From positions 22,897,722-22,961,721 of the forward strand of contig OZ316896.1 in the NCBI GenBank assembly GCA_973895155.1: a stretch of 64,000 nt of DNA, written 5' to 3'. The translations under genes were made by a program, and so were the position numbers. The notes below the pieces were generated by a model, which saw nothing but the letters and a program-made list of their open reading frames with translations, did not search any database and was not told the origin of the DNA. Numbering within the stretch: the first letter of the stretch is position 1; each line of letters opens with the position of its first letter. Of the stretch, positions 48,901-63,100 are shown piece by piece. Origin of the DNA: Marsupella aquatica (taxonomy: Eukaryota > Plantae > Marchantiophyta).

Positions 48901-51735
48901 GTGGGGGCAGTTGGGACTTTTTCCACCACACTAAAGTGGAGAGAACTTTTTTCTAATTTAAACTCTTTGGAAAATAATGTACTTCAATAAATGTAAATGC
49001 CAAAGTTTGCAAATGTTTGGACCACCTCCTGGATCACCTATGGACTATGGTAGTCTAATCCTACTCCACAACACCACATACTGGGGCCCACTCATTGCCA
49101 TGCCCGAGCCGCCGACATCAGACCTGAATGGGCAGAATGGCTGAATGGGGCCGTTTTTGTACAGCCAATTGCAACCCTTTCCACTCATTACCCAGCCTCC
49201 AAATTTGTTTCGAATGCCGACACCATACCAGGGTGGGGCCTTTCTTGTAAAGCCAATTGCAACCCTTTCCATCATTACAGGGCCCAAATTTGTTCCAAAT
49301 GTAATCTGGGAGGGAGTGAAAAGAGTACAATGGCCCCCCACTCTTGTAAAGCCACTCTGAAAAACTAAATTCAACTGAAAACCATTATGCATATCATGAT
49401 GGGCGCTTTGTACATTCGTTGACTGTACTTTCATTACATCAGCATGTCGTTGCAGTTAGCTATGATTATTTATCTTCACTCTCAAACACTAAAATAATTT
49501 TGTTTTGTGGGTTTTTTTGTGTTTTCTCCGGTGTTTTTTTTAGTGGCTAAAATTTGCCAAATTCCATCTCCTCAAAAATATTTGGCCACTTTTGACTAAA
49601 TTGGTGACTATTTTGCTATCTCATTAGACAGTGTTCACTGAATCCCAAGCCCCATTAGCCACAATCTAATGGTCAGCCTTAAATCTAAGGAGATCTGATG
49701 GTCAAGAAAATAATTGAATAGCGAATCTTTTGAGCATCTTCTCTTTCACATACTGTACATTTGCCACTCTGGGGAAAAAATAAAATCCTTAAAAAATATG
49801 CTGGTTTTCTCCCCCATTGGGTTAGGGATCTTGTCCGGACCCCTAGTTGGGCCAATTATGTGGCAGCTATATGCTATATGGCAGAACACTCCTTGGCTAT
49901 TTTATCGCATTCAAAAATATTTGCAATGTATTTCATGTTAATCTGGTATACTCTATGCCTTTGCCATGTATTATGCTGAATTATTACATTCTTCCAGCCC
50001 CCTTACTTTGTTTAATTCCTTAATTTTTATTAGGTACCTTACACTTTATTTAACATTTTATGGGCATTCGTCATACTTGCATGAGAAGGTTACTCTTCAA
50101 CCAGGTAACGAGGACTCTGTTCATAGATGCAGTGCAGCTCATAATTATGTGTATTGGTTATAAAGTTTACAATACTTAATATGGTTTATGGATCAACATG
50201 GGGATGTGTCACCTAAATAGAGAACCTCCCCAACTTTAGCCAAAAAGTAAAAGGGAACAAAGTCAGCCATACTTCTTTTGAATCACAAAGTATGGTACAT
50301 TTTATAGGCACATTGACTATAATGTATTTTTCTCACCCTATCTTGGCTTTAAAGGTGTGCATTTACTTCAATGACTTTCCTATAATCATTCTGTCAATAC
50401 TTTTGAATACTAGGGCATGATAGCTTGTGTTTCATGGACTAATTGAATAAATAATAGGTGAATCAGATAGAATATATATTTTGTTATGAATAAGTTAAAT
50501 TAGCTCTGTCTTAGAACTTGCCAGCTACATTTGACCCATTTCAATATTGGGTTTCGAATTTTGTGCTTTGGCCACTTTGTTCTTTCACAGTGTATTGTGG
50601 ATATTTGTGTCGATCTTCGTACCTGGCTTTCAGCCGATTCCTCCAATCATTATTTTCTCACTTTGGAGTCCTCCTTCAGTCTTACATTTATCTTGTATGA
50701 GATTGTTGTTGATATTTGAGTATAGACACTCTTCTTTTCAGTTTAGATCAACATATTAACAAGCACCAACTGTATTCCAACACACAGAAGACCAATGGGG
50801 ACAAAGAAAAGAAAACCTGAGGGGCCAGGAAAGACAAAAACAGGAAGCCACATATTAACCCCCAGGCCCAGAATTAAACACCCGAGAAGTAGGTCAAGAC
50901 CTTCGGCCAGAAGTGGTCAAGGGTTTACTCCCCAATAAGTTCAGTAATGGGGAGGCCATGGAACTACAAGCCCTGTTCGAGTTTAGATGGATCCACCTCA
51001 GTTTGCCACACCACTCTGCCTGATTGATCCATGCCATGGGTTAATATGAGCAACAGATCACTCTGACAAGTTGGTCTCATGCCAGGACATGGGTTTTGAG
51101 CTGAGCTTGACTCTATAGTTTCTTTTCACCCTTTTGCACCGTCCATTTCTTGATTTTTAACCAAATGGTTGAAATTGGCAGAATAGCCCATACGGGAGCC
51201 CATATTGGTGGACCCCTGCTGGCTAACTTTAGCAGCGACCCTATGCTTTGGAGTCAACCTGTGCAGAAACAGAATCTATTTAAGGACCAAAAGTGAAAGT
51301 GCTCAGAGTCCACCAAACTTACAAGAAGGTTATCCCAAGCTCCCAAAATCAATACTTACTTAGAAAGTTGGTCCACTCGGTAAATTTCAAATGTCTTTCC
51401 TAGGACCACAATCTCAAATCTGATCTTAAGAGTTTATTCATATCCAGGAATAATATATGCAAAACGATGCTCCAGAAGTACGCTTTATATGTTACTGCTA
51501 AAGGTATGAGTTCAACTAAAGTATTTCTGGGCTCATGCTTAAACCCTAAACCCTAAATACTACCCTTGTTCATTTGATCGTCCTCTTGCAGCTGCATTAG
51601 AAGACCTCAATCCAAGATGTGCTCTAACATCGAAGTGCGACAGCACAATCATGACAATATGTTCACCTGCGTCGCGAAATTTTAGTTTCTACCTCAAATC
51701 GCACACTCCTATCCTCATCTTGACGATCTTGATCA

Positions 51736-52610
51736 CTAGGGTGCAATCTCCACTGCCGCCCCCATCTTTAAAATCTCACGAAACAATGTAACAGAGTCCC
51801 GGATTTGAACGAGCAAGTCACGTTGTCTCTTCGCCTTCGTCTCGGCCAAGTCGAGCTCAATTGCACCAGCTTCCATCTGCTCCTGCAATCTCTCCAAGTT
51901 CGCCTTCAATTTGAGTACGAATTGGTGGAGTGTGGGGAGTACATCGAAATGTGCTGCAAAAAAAGCTTCTGCTTTAGCGCCATCCACTTTGAGTATCTGC
52001 AGCCCATCTTGAAGAGTAGTGCGGTTGTGGACTTTCCCAATCGCCTTCACAAACTGTCGCCTCTGCATCGGCTCCCATCCGCTGTAATCTTGAACGATGA
52101 GAAAGCAGAACGATCCTTCCGCTCTGTCATTGATCAGCCAAACTCTCTCGCTAATTGTGGACATAGCTCTAGTTCGAGCGATATTCAGCACGGGTGTTTC
52201 CGGAGAAAATGCGTTCCTAACCTACTCAATTCCCAGTCCGCCCACACTCTTGCTATCGATTTTGCTTCTTGTCTCCCAAGCTTGCTTCACGAGGCTAGTA
52301 ACACTTTACTCAACTCAATCTCTGCTGCAATGCTAATGTAGTGAAGGTCTGCATATGGGGAATTGCCTGTCGCTGCAATGTGAAAGTTCATCAATAAAAG
52401 GCCGTGCAACTCTCGGAGATCTCAAACATTCCCGGCTCGGAGTGTAGTGTCCTCAACTTCGGTGGTCGTGGAATTTGAACAAATCTCAAATCTGTTGTGC
52501 CTGATCTCGAAAAACTGCGCGAGGATGCGGTCTGCGAGAGTGCGAGTTGCCCGGGGAGTTATGATGCCGCAGATGGGCTGGTGTTGGGAGAATCTCTGCT
52601 TGCTTGCCAT
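51736..52610 (-). pseudogene. Possible decayed gene of unknown family with a coiled-coil C-terminus
   Basis: 151-aa protein-like ORF (51736-52191); the upstream continuation has a stop and a frameshift; family not recognised. Confidence 0.3.
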
Positions 52611-55600
52611 TATCTGGAAGAATGCGAGCCACCTGAGCTACGCATGAACTAATCACAGACAGACGTACAGACAGAGACGAGAGCCACGCGGGGTGTCGAA
52701 GTTTGTAATGTAGAGGGACATACAACAGCCACCTGCCAACAGAAAGAGTAATTTTGACACCACAATGCTGTACCGTCCGCCCAGCCCTCACTTGACTCGC
52801 GATTGGTTCCTCTCAGTCTAGAACAATGAACTCGCGATTGGTTTCTCCCAGCCAGTCTTAAACAATTGCGTAAGCTCAGTTTGTCCGGGACTTTGTCATA
52901 TTGACATGTGTAATCATCCATATCGAGGAAACGTAGTAGTCCAATAAGCTAATACCAAATGGTGTGAATAGATCCTTCTCAACAAGTTTCTTAGGCGCTC
53001 TAACGCTCAAACTAGGTATCCGAAGCGTGCACAAGAAGCTTCGCCCCTCCCAGCTGCCACATGAACATCATAAAATTAGAAACAAATCAACAAAATACTG
53101 GGAATAGACTTCGATCATATATAGCGCAGCTCTAGAAACCATCAGAAGGAGCAAGCTCTGGATCATCTAATATCATGAATAGTGAACCCAGGTCATAAAC
53201 CTCCACAGCCAAAATTAGCATCCCACACGTCTCACGTACTGCAAACTAGTGGCGTCGAATAGAGCACGTAGAAGGCACATCGGACTTCGAGACAGAGTCA
53301 GTACCATGACACATAAGATCGAGACACCTGCTCCATCGTACAATTCTGAAAGGTGGAACCACATGAAAAGCCCAAGTACCATTCATTAGGATCGAGTGGA
53401 CGAATTGATTGACTACTGTTCTCTGAGAGGAGGACGGTTGGTGAACGTACCAATGGATCGCGATGCAAGGTTTCAGGCAATCGATCACTCAGGCGTTCAT
53501 AAGTAGGCATGTCGTCCGATTTGGCCATACACCTTTTCCAAGTCAATTGTTTCGCTGCAGGCGGATTGTAAGATGCAAAGTCAATCAATCAAAGTCTACC
53601 CAATCCTGCAACTGAAGGAAGCGCAGATCATCCTGAGGAGAATAGGAGCCTGGGGGAGAGCCCAGTATGATCAGCTTACAAAGATAAATCCATCCCTCTT
53701 GCCTTGGTGACACCCTCTGTAGCGAGTGTCCGGTCGTTGTCACACGCCGCAACATAATTATCCACCACGAACATCTTCTAATATTGCGTAGTACATTACG
53801 GCTCATAGAAATATCATTTAGTAGTTTTATGAGATGAATGCGCTGTAGCAAGGTGAAGGTAGAAGTTACAATGATGATCTTTGCATGATGGATGCCCGCA
53901 ACCTGAAAGCGCTGTTGGCCTGGAAACTCATCGTTCATTGTGGACGTCCGGCGGGTGGGCGACAATGAAGCAATTTCTATGGACATGAAGCTCTGTCCCA
54001 AGTAACGAAGCTTATGAAAAAATGGATCACAGCCAGATGAAAATACGCGCAAGACAATGCCTGTCAAACAATTCATGAGTTCCATTCTCTGAGGCATTTA
54101 ATACCAATTCAGAGATGGCCCCATGGATCTCAAGTTAACAAGGTAGACAAAGATGAATTTCTACGGTAAATTGAGATTGATAGGCTCATCTCCGGCCGCC
54201 CGAGCTTCACAAGTAGCGACTGTCCAATAAAAATCAACGAAACCTAAGCTATACGCTAAGTCTTCCTGTGAAATATACGCACATATTAATAATTACGTAA
54301 CTTGTTATGCATTTTGTCAAAGTTTCAACTACTACCTCTAAAGTATGGATTCGTTTGAACGATTCTCGGGCCAAAGTGGTCCGTTCGCTGGACGATCCTG
54401 ACGAGGCAATCTCGCAAGTTGCCCATATTTAATACATGTCCAGAATTTTATTGCGATATCTAGATCAGGAACGCGACGAATGAAAATCCACGCCGACTAG
54501 CTAGTGTTCATGAATATACTGTATTTACAAATAAGGATGCCATTCAACTATGGACTTTAAATTAAGCGGAGGTCTCGTAACACTGAGATCAATCAAAGTT
54601 CAACCGACCTTACTATCTATCGTCCTCATTATTCTAGACGTTCATTCATAGATCATTCATCGGAGTTCTTACGTACTTCTCTTCCCATCTCGTCCCTCAA
54701 TTCTTTCGTACTTTCCTTCCCTTCTACCAGTCTCCTGAGTCTCAGTTGAATGGAATGGCATGTACGTCCTGGACATTCCAGTGAAGCTCTGTAGCGAGCT
54801 GTAATTCCTGGATGCATTGGGTCTTAAGTGGCAGAGATGCTTCCTGGCATTCTACAAGTGGGATCTCCCGGGCACACTCAAGCAAAAATAATGCATAATT
54901 GGTCATTCCTCAAGTTAACCTCCGGAACTTCACAACGACAAAGAGATTGATACTGACCTCCAAAATTCTCTGAACTCAACGATCACAGACCTATATGATC
55001 TGCAGAACTCCTTCTTAATTCCCTCTCCATGTATTCAAGGTGTTTCCTGATTCTCCAAGGATAAGCCTTGACAAGGACATTCAATATAGAGGGTTGGGTG
55101 CCCATTGTTGCCGTAATCTAAAATAGTATTTTGGTTTTGGGTTCCAGTTGACGTTAAAAATGTGTTATCTAAAACAACTATCAGAATGATGAAGCCTTCA
55201 TCAGGATTCACAACGGCATAATTTCATTCGGAAAAATAAAGTCCTATTGAGAATAATTGACCATATTGTTCCCTAAAACTACTGAACACAGTTTCTTTCA
55301 TTCTGCTTCTGCGCTACGGAAATTTCCGAATTATTTATCTAGCTATGCGCGGATCTAACTAAACGCTGGACAAAGGCGATCCACACAACAGTGAGCTTGC
55401 AATTGCTCTTGACACAACCTACTGATCTGCTCTAGTTCAAAAATTGTGGATCTAAGATGAAACCTGAAAATGCACGAATCGCGCTTTCGCACTGCCGTAC
55501 AATCGTCGGTAGCTGATAAGTAATAAGGCGCTTGAAGTTAAGGAAACCAGAACAAGAAGTCACATCATTCCAATGTAAGTTATGTCGTTGTCCGTGTAAT

Positions 55601-55805
55601 TTCTGGAGAGATTGCTTTTCTCGCAGAGACGAGACGATCTCGAAATCAAGTTTAAATATATGCTCTAGCATGAGTAGTCCAACTTCTGACCCGCAGAATG
55701 CCCTACAATTCCTGGGATCATGTGAGATATAATTATCAACTCGTCGCTTCCTCGTTTACATCGATTTGAAGTTCGGAAAGTCTACATTCTATGAGTCCTC
55801 GTGGA

Positions 55806-55921
55806 TGCACAGAAAAGTGTCACAAGATTGAGAAACACTCACTTCACTCTACAAAGAATGCAAGTTTTCACATATGATATATGAGCGTTTCTCAGTCCTG
55901 TAACTCATTTCCATGTATGCA
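55806..55921 (-). ncRNA. Candidate miRNA-like hairpin 1
   Basis: ~45-bp imperfect stem; most mismatches become G:U pairs on the minus strand. Confidence 0.45.
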
Positions 55922-55986
55922 AGAAATTTACTTATCTCAATTTTGGCTGAGTTAGTGTACAAAACCTGCATTTTCAATGAGCGTCG

Positions 55987-56110
55987 TGCATGCACGGCAA
56001 AGTGTCACAAGCTTGAGAAACACTCACTCCACTCGATCTACTGATCGGGAGTGCGAGTTTACACACAGCATAAGCGTTTCTCAATCCTGTAACTCATTTC
56101 CATGTATGCA
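55987..56110 (-). ncRNA. Candidate miRNA-like hairpin 2 (tandem paralog of hairpin 1)
   Basis: Arms nearly identical to hairpin 1 while the loop is divergent; ~47-bp stem. Confidence 0.45.
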
Positions 56111-58299
56111 AAATATACATGTCCGAGTTTGCCGGAATTAGCTACAACTGAAGTAATTGGTCAATGCTTGATGCAATCTAATGGACGTGCTCCCAGCTCA
56201 GCACACTTAGTAGTCGTCCGCGTCCCATGGTAGGAGACAAGCTATCGTTGATGGCCTTGGACAGACACCAGGCGACTTACTTCGATTATCTATCAAACGA
56301 ATGAGCGACCTATCAATGTTCAGGGCATATCTCGCTCTTATGTAATCAGCTCACCGGCCAGACTGAGGGCTTCAATTCAGAAGCCGACAGGGTGTAGTTC
56401 TGGCACTCATGAACAGAGACATTTAGCCAACTGGCAGTACACGCGCATGGACACCAAGGGCTGGGCACGACGTTCCGGACATCTATAGGCGGGATGAATC
56501 ATGGCACCAATCATTCGAACTTCAAATTGCAGTGACAAGACACTAAGAACTGTATATATGCAAGCTTGCAATGACCATGTCTAGCACTCATCGATTGCTA
56601 GCTTGTGCTGTTTCAGGAGTAAGTCCCACTTGGTTGAAATCCAAGTGGAATGGTCTAACCTTCTCTGGTGTGGGTGCCGTGGAGACATGATTGTACTCAT
56701 TTGCATTTAGGCAGACAACACAACGATGTCATACAGTTGAAATGGCGTGCAATTACTTACTTCACGTTAAATGGTGGGAGCCAGCCCTCCTTCTGGTTGA
56801 TTAGTGGTTGCGAGCATATTTACATTGCGTCACTTCAGACTTACTGTACAAGAATCCAGCTTTGCTTTAGAACCGAAAGGACATATATAGTATATATCCA
56901 TCCAATCATCATTCTATCAAAATGGAAGGGCGAACTAAGAGTACCTCATCCAGAACAGAGTGGCAGAAATCGGGCAGCTGAGCCCACAGAAGGCTCAAAT
57001 TCGTCTAGTGTGAGCAATGCTTTTTGTGACAAACGAATCAATTAGCACTGGATGCACAATAAGCGTCGTATATTATTTTTTGAAATTGAAAAGCTTTACA
57101 ACAAAGTGACACACGTAATTGAAACTATCATTGGCTATCTGAACAGTCAAATTGTATTAGAATTGATTCAAATGAAATGGGAAGTCTATGGTAAATGCTG
57201 CAGCAAACAGTCTCAAGTAAGAAAACAAGTATGAACACTTACTACGCTCCATAGAGTCGGTGATTGAAGGAGGGCTATCTGAACAGTCAATTTTCGCATC
57301 TTTTCTCGTCCTGTCTCACGCATCATTTTCAATCTATATCACGAATCTCCTGGACATCCAAGTGGGAATGAGGAGGACGAGTGCACGCGCGCAGCTGAGT
57401 AGGACCACGTAACGGACGTACGCTGGCCACCGATGCCGAAACAGCCCAACAACTTACTGTTGCTACGCTTGAAAAAAAATCAGGTGACTCGCTTTAGAAT
57501 AGCTTATAGAAATATCTCCCTTCAGTTGGCTGCGCGTGGTACATGCAATATTATTTCATTGCAAGTAACAGGAATGGCATGCTTCTTAATTTACGATTGT
57601 GGAGCATTAACTTCCTCGCAGGCCAGCGATTTTCAGTTTAGAGCGAAATTCTGAATCTTTTCTTGAATGAATGGAAAATTCTAATGACCGAATATGAACC
57701 CCCAAAGGCTGAGCATACGAATGCCAGCTGGGGTCTAACTGCCGCATCTTTTGGACTCCTTAACTATTTCAGGAGGGCACTTTTGCAAAGGTTGACTACT
57801 TTTCGTGACCAGCATCCAATCTGAATACTTGTCCGGTACATATGCAACATTTTCGTCACGAGGCTGGTCACGAGGACAGGATTTCCGGCTGAGAACGTTG
57901 CTAAAATTCGCCCACTTTCAGAAAGAGATCTTTCGAGTCGTTTTTCCATGCGCCACCAGTTTCATAAGACCTTGCAAGGCTACATGATAATGAGAGCTGC
58001 CCAAAGTCAAAGTCAATCGAAGTACTTTTGTGCTCAGAGTTGCTGAAGAGAGATCGGAGGCAGATTGACCACCACTTTCGTCTTGAATTGGGCGGTAAAT
58101 AAAGCACGAGATGAAGTACAGTGCTCAGGCAGCCAGAGCTGAACATAGTATGACAGGAATTCCGACTGGTGCATTGGTACACCGTGCTCTACAGCTGAGC
58201 TTAGTTACCTACCGTAAGCAAATCTCCGTGCAGCCAAAGGGAATGTCAGGTTTGAGTTTTACTGTCTTCATTCGGCCACAAATTTTCTCCAAATCCGGG

Positions 58300-59000
58300 T
58301 TTCAACATTGAATGAAAGAACTATGTGAGTTCGTCCGGGGACCCAGGCAAATGGCCATGGTGGAGCAAGAGAGTATTTATATTGAACAAAGATTTCAAGT
58401 GCTAATTATACGGAACAAGGTGTAAGCCAAATCAAGAGACTAATTGGGAACATTGGCTCAACTCCCTCACTGGCTGCTCCAGAAGTCAAATGAACTGACA
58501 TTCTGATTTCTGATCTACATATCTTTGATAGGAAGCTCAGGGGTTCGCTTCCAAGAAGACTGTAGAAGTTGAAAGTCGATCAGGTGTAATTGTAGTGCTG
58601 TGATGACGCAGTCTTAGCTAGTACCTGTACTCACTCGACGAACAAGCCCAAAACTTTTGCAGGAGATGTATGTTGCCCATTGCTGCCCGGTATTGTCATC
58701 ATGACAGTTCTTAGAAGGGAAAGGAAATGTGACCTCGTCATCATTACGTGTACAGCCAATGCAAACTAGGAGCTACAGTGGTTCTTCTGTTCTCATCATT
58801 GCAGCATTGCGTGTTAGTATGACCAAAGCAAACTTTGGGGAGGAGCAACAGTGCAAATTCCCTGTTCACGTGCACACGATCTGAGGATGTGGTAGCTGGC
58901 TTGTAGTAAATCTTATTCAGCGTTCTCGTGAAGCTGATTGGGAAAACCTCGATCACTAAGATCTGCATGAATTACACCTTTCTACTGCAAAGCGATGGTG
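58300..59000 (-). pseudogene. Possible highly decayed plant LRR (receptor-like) gene remnant
   Basis: Short LRR-like peptides in broken frames (ELSQCSQLVS, LKSLFNINTLLLHHGHLPG, FPISFTRTL); many stops. Confidence 0.25.
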
Positions 59001-60038
59001 TGCGAACTTCCGGCCCCCAGTTTTTGTTCGACTGTAGATGCTTTTCAGACCAATAATGGGTAGATATCAGGTCGCAGATAATCACTTGAAGTGCTTTCAA
59101 GTCTTCAGGAAAAAAGATGTACACTGTTTACCTTAGTCAGAGTTAGAGCATCCCCACCAGTGCTCTGTAACGGTCCGGAATCGGGATGATTGGCCTCTCC
59201 CAGCCAGGCGACCAAATTTCCACTTCTGCATGGGGACAGGTTCTGTAAACCATATCCAAAGCCATGCAAAAATTGTTTTCTGTGTGCCAGGATGTTGGCC
59301 CAGCCCTGGCAGAACTATTCGCTTGAAGACCACCTCCAAAAACGATTTTAAAAAGTATCAAGAAGTTAATATTTAAAGTCGTGTCAAATGATTGAAAGGA
59401 GATGATTATGAGACGCTTGTTTTGCAATTGAGGTTTGAATGAGCAGATTATTAATTTTGAACAAAAGTTGTAAGCTGCTTTGGAGTGCCGGATTTTTCCT
59501 GCAGGGTTTTTCTTTCAAAGGATGATAGGACGAAAGTTTAGGTTCCGAAATATTCAAAATTAAATAAAAGCCCAAGCCCAAGCCTTCCTATGAGATATGA
59601 TTAGATAAGCCAAGAACGTCCTACAGCATGGAACATATTGCTCTTGTGTGAACATCAAACTTCCCTACGATACAAGAGAGGCATGAGATCTCCATCCAAA
59701 CCTTTAAATCTGGATGCATGGGATCCCAAAATGCATCATTCTATCTATCAAACTGAAGCTCGTTTACTCTACATCCATGATTGTCATCCTTCAGTTGTTA
59801 AAATGTACAATTTTTGTCACCCTTGCAAAGGTTGTAGAATCAATAGCCACTGGAACCAAATTCCCATAGAGAAGCTTCCAGAATGAGCTTGAAAGAATTT
59901 ACGGAATTAGCTTTGTTTCTCAGATTGAATCTATCCGAGCCCAACTGCTTTTCACTAGAGTAAAGATATTGAAAATAGGGGAACAGTAAGTATGTTGGCG
60001 CAAGTACAAGAACAATTTCCCCTAAATCTCCTGAATGC

Positions 60039-60176
60039 AATCTTAAAAGTAATGTTTAACTTACAGTTTCATTTCATAGAATTTCAATCTTAAAAGTAAT
60101 GTTTAACTTACAGTTTCATTTCATAGAAATTTCAATCTTAAAAGTAATGTTTAACTTAAAGTTGCATTTCATAGAA
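60039..60176. repeat. ~46-bp tandem repeat x3
   Basis: AATCTTAAAAGTAATGTTTAACTTA(C/A)AGTT(T/G)CATTTCATAGAA occurs three times. Confidence 0.9.
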
Positions 60177-63100
60177 AGTGGCATGTTTCCCAAATGACCT
60201 GCATGTGGGTGCAATCTGAAGAGCAATGTTAGATACATGTGTTTCAAGTTCATTTCATCTTGATGACAAAAAGGGCATGTTATCCAGATCATGAGAATAT
60301 GGGTGCAATTTGAAGAGCAATCTTACTCTTTCTTCTTGGCAGAAATATCCTAGTCAACCTTTTGGAACTCGTGCAAGACACGTGACTGAATAAACGTGGA
60401 CCTTTCCAGCCTTCACTACAGTGGAGACAGCCCACCTGTGATTATTCATGTTAACCATTCCTGACTGACCATAGTAACGTCTTAACGTTGGGACTTTGGT
60501 TTGGTGTCCAGTTGCTTCCACAAGCTTTGCAAGGGTAAGAAAAATCCTGCAACTCATGTGCACTGGTAATAACTTGATTAGCAATAGTTACTTATGCAAG
60601 TGACTATTTGAGTTTCTCCCAGCCAAAAAGCATTTTCAGTCTACTTTGGCCAGTAGTTTGCTGAGTCCTAGCCAAGACATGTGTTCCCGGCCTATTCCAA
60701 CCTAACAAACACATTTTTCAGGGCGGTTTGCCATTTTAATTTTTTCAGGCTCTCCGAGGGGCTGTCGGGTCTGGAAATTTACTTCCTCCCCATTTCCCAA
60801 ACTTGCCCACATATTTCTCGAGCCCACTATATCTGGAAAGTCGCATTTTTGTGCTATACCCTACTTTTTCTTATCATCTCAATTTTATTTTCAATTTTGC
60901 ATGAACCTATTAGGAGTAGGGTACTTCCAAGTCCTCCTTAGTTACACGTATGCAGAGTATTTGTAATTGAACTGAGAGGCCAGGTTTAGCGACAGAGGAT
61001 GTGATTCAGAAGTTCATTCTGAGCATTCTGTAAAAAGCTTTCTCAACTTGGGACATTGGTTTCAGTGACAATTGCTTCATCCAGCTTTGTAATCTTGAGT
61101 AAAAGAAGTCCTACAACTCATGTCCTTCAGAGGCCTCACCTGCCCCAGACCAGGGTAAATTTATGTTTTTCTTTTTTGTCAGGGTGGCAAATGCTAACCT
61201 GTATATTCCCTATCTACAGTAACTTTCCTATATTATATTGATTTCTAGCTGTTTGATCTCTCTAGGTCTATTAAGGACTACTGTCTATGTTTTGCCAAAA
61301 GTGGTTAAGATTTTAATTTGAGTGAGGTGGAAGCTGGCTAATTAATTTTGGCCACTAAAAACATTGTTGTCCCGGACTATCTGTAGTTGTCAGGGGTGAG
61401 GTTTAGTGACAAGATGACCAGTAGATGGGCCTAGGTCATTTGTGTTCCGTTCCTCAGTCCGATTGGATAGACTAATTAAAGGTCTAGGTCAGGAGGTTGT
61501 AGTTAACTCTACAACAAAGCCACAACTGTTGAATAAGGCGTGACTTGCTTAGTGTCTCATATGAGAGTATGATAATATTATTTTTTATAACCCAAGGTTT
61601 GCATTGTGAACCTAAATTTAGCAGAATATGTTAATCTTTACTCCAGGACCTTAATTGGTTAATGACAAACTAAGTATGAAATAAGGTTAAAGATAAATGT
61701 TGATAGTTACCCAACTGTTACAATAGTTATCAGCTTCAGTAACATTGAATACTAAGGGATCTCAATAATGTTTACCAGTCTTGGATAAATAATCTATATA
61801 AGGATACTTAGACAGTAACAGTGTGAACCTAATTATGCTGGCCAACCATGGTTTAAAGAATGTTTAGTACCAGCTTGGGGCTCACTCCAAGGGAGGCCCC
61901 ACATCATGCGCGAAGCTTTGGGTCATAACTTACAAAAAGGGCCAACCCAGGGGCCAACACAAAGTGCAAATAAGGGAAAGCAAACGAGGTCAACAGTGGA
62001 CAAACACCAAGCCATGAAGCAGAGGCAATACTGAAAATCTAGGATCCGAAAGAGGAATTACAAGAACTAAAGGGAAAAGAACTACCATTGCATTGATAGT
62101 TATAGCGACAGAGACAAGAAACAAGTAAACCAGGAAAAAAAATTCCTGTTTTTAATATGCTGTTACTAGCAAAAAATCACTGTTACCAGCAAAAATGACA
62201 ATTTAAAAATATCTCCTAACAGGTCTCATTTTCCAAAAAAAACTAACAATACAACATGTTGGCTAGCTTTGGATGCTAGCAAAAACAAATTGTAAAAAAA
62301 ATTAAAAACTTTTTTTCTCAAAAATCAAATTTCAAAAAAACAATTCCAAAAAAATTGTCACCCATTTTCCTGTTACCAATTTTCTTCCTGTTACCATTTT
62401 TTTCCTTGTTACCATTTTTTTTCAGTAACCAATCCAATTATTTTCCAATTTAAAAACAAAGCTATTTAATCCCCCTCCCCTTGCCCCCCCACTCTCCCTA
62501 GTATCGAACACACGCATTATTTTGTACCCTTCCCCCACTCACATCTACCTCCTTCCTAAAATGAAGAAGAAGCACCCCATTCCCTCTCTCCTTCCAAAAG
62601 AACCCGTATCTTATGGCCCTTTTCTTTGCCCCATCTTTGCTTTGCAAATGACCAAACTAAGGGCAAACTGAAACAAAAAATAGTAATCTAAGAGAATGAT
62701 GTGACGTTTAGCCAGTTGCACCGGCCATAGGCCCCACAATAGGTTTAAACCACTATTATCCCCAACGCAAAACATGGTGCATTCAGGTTACTACAATTAG
62801 CCAATTATGTTCTTAACATAGTAAGAAAGTGCACTAATTTGTTCTTTAGGGGACAGTGGTGGCTAAAACACACCAATGAAACACCCCAACCCCCAACCCC
62901 CACCCACACCATAACAAGCCCATGCAACAAGACAACCAAGACACATTTCAAACAGATTTCTCCTATTTAATTTCCCCCGGTATTTTCCTTTAATCTTTCT
63001 AAACAAACTTTAAATGATTTGCTCCTAATCCCTCCTCTCTTGTGTCCAAACAGATTTTAAAAAGATTCCTTCCTTTTTCCCTCCTCGTCTCTATGTAGAC

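Noticed and set aside
62140-62430. Repeated TGTTACCA motifs in A/T runs
   Set aside because: Possibly TE subterminal repeats, but no TIR or TSD could be defined.
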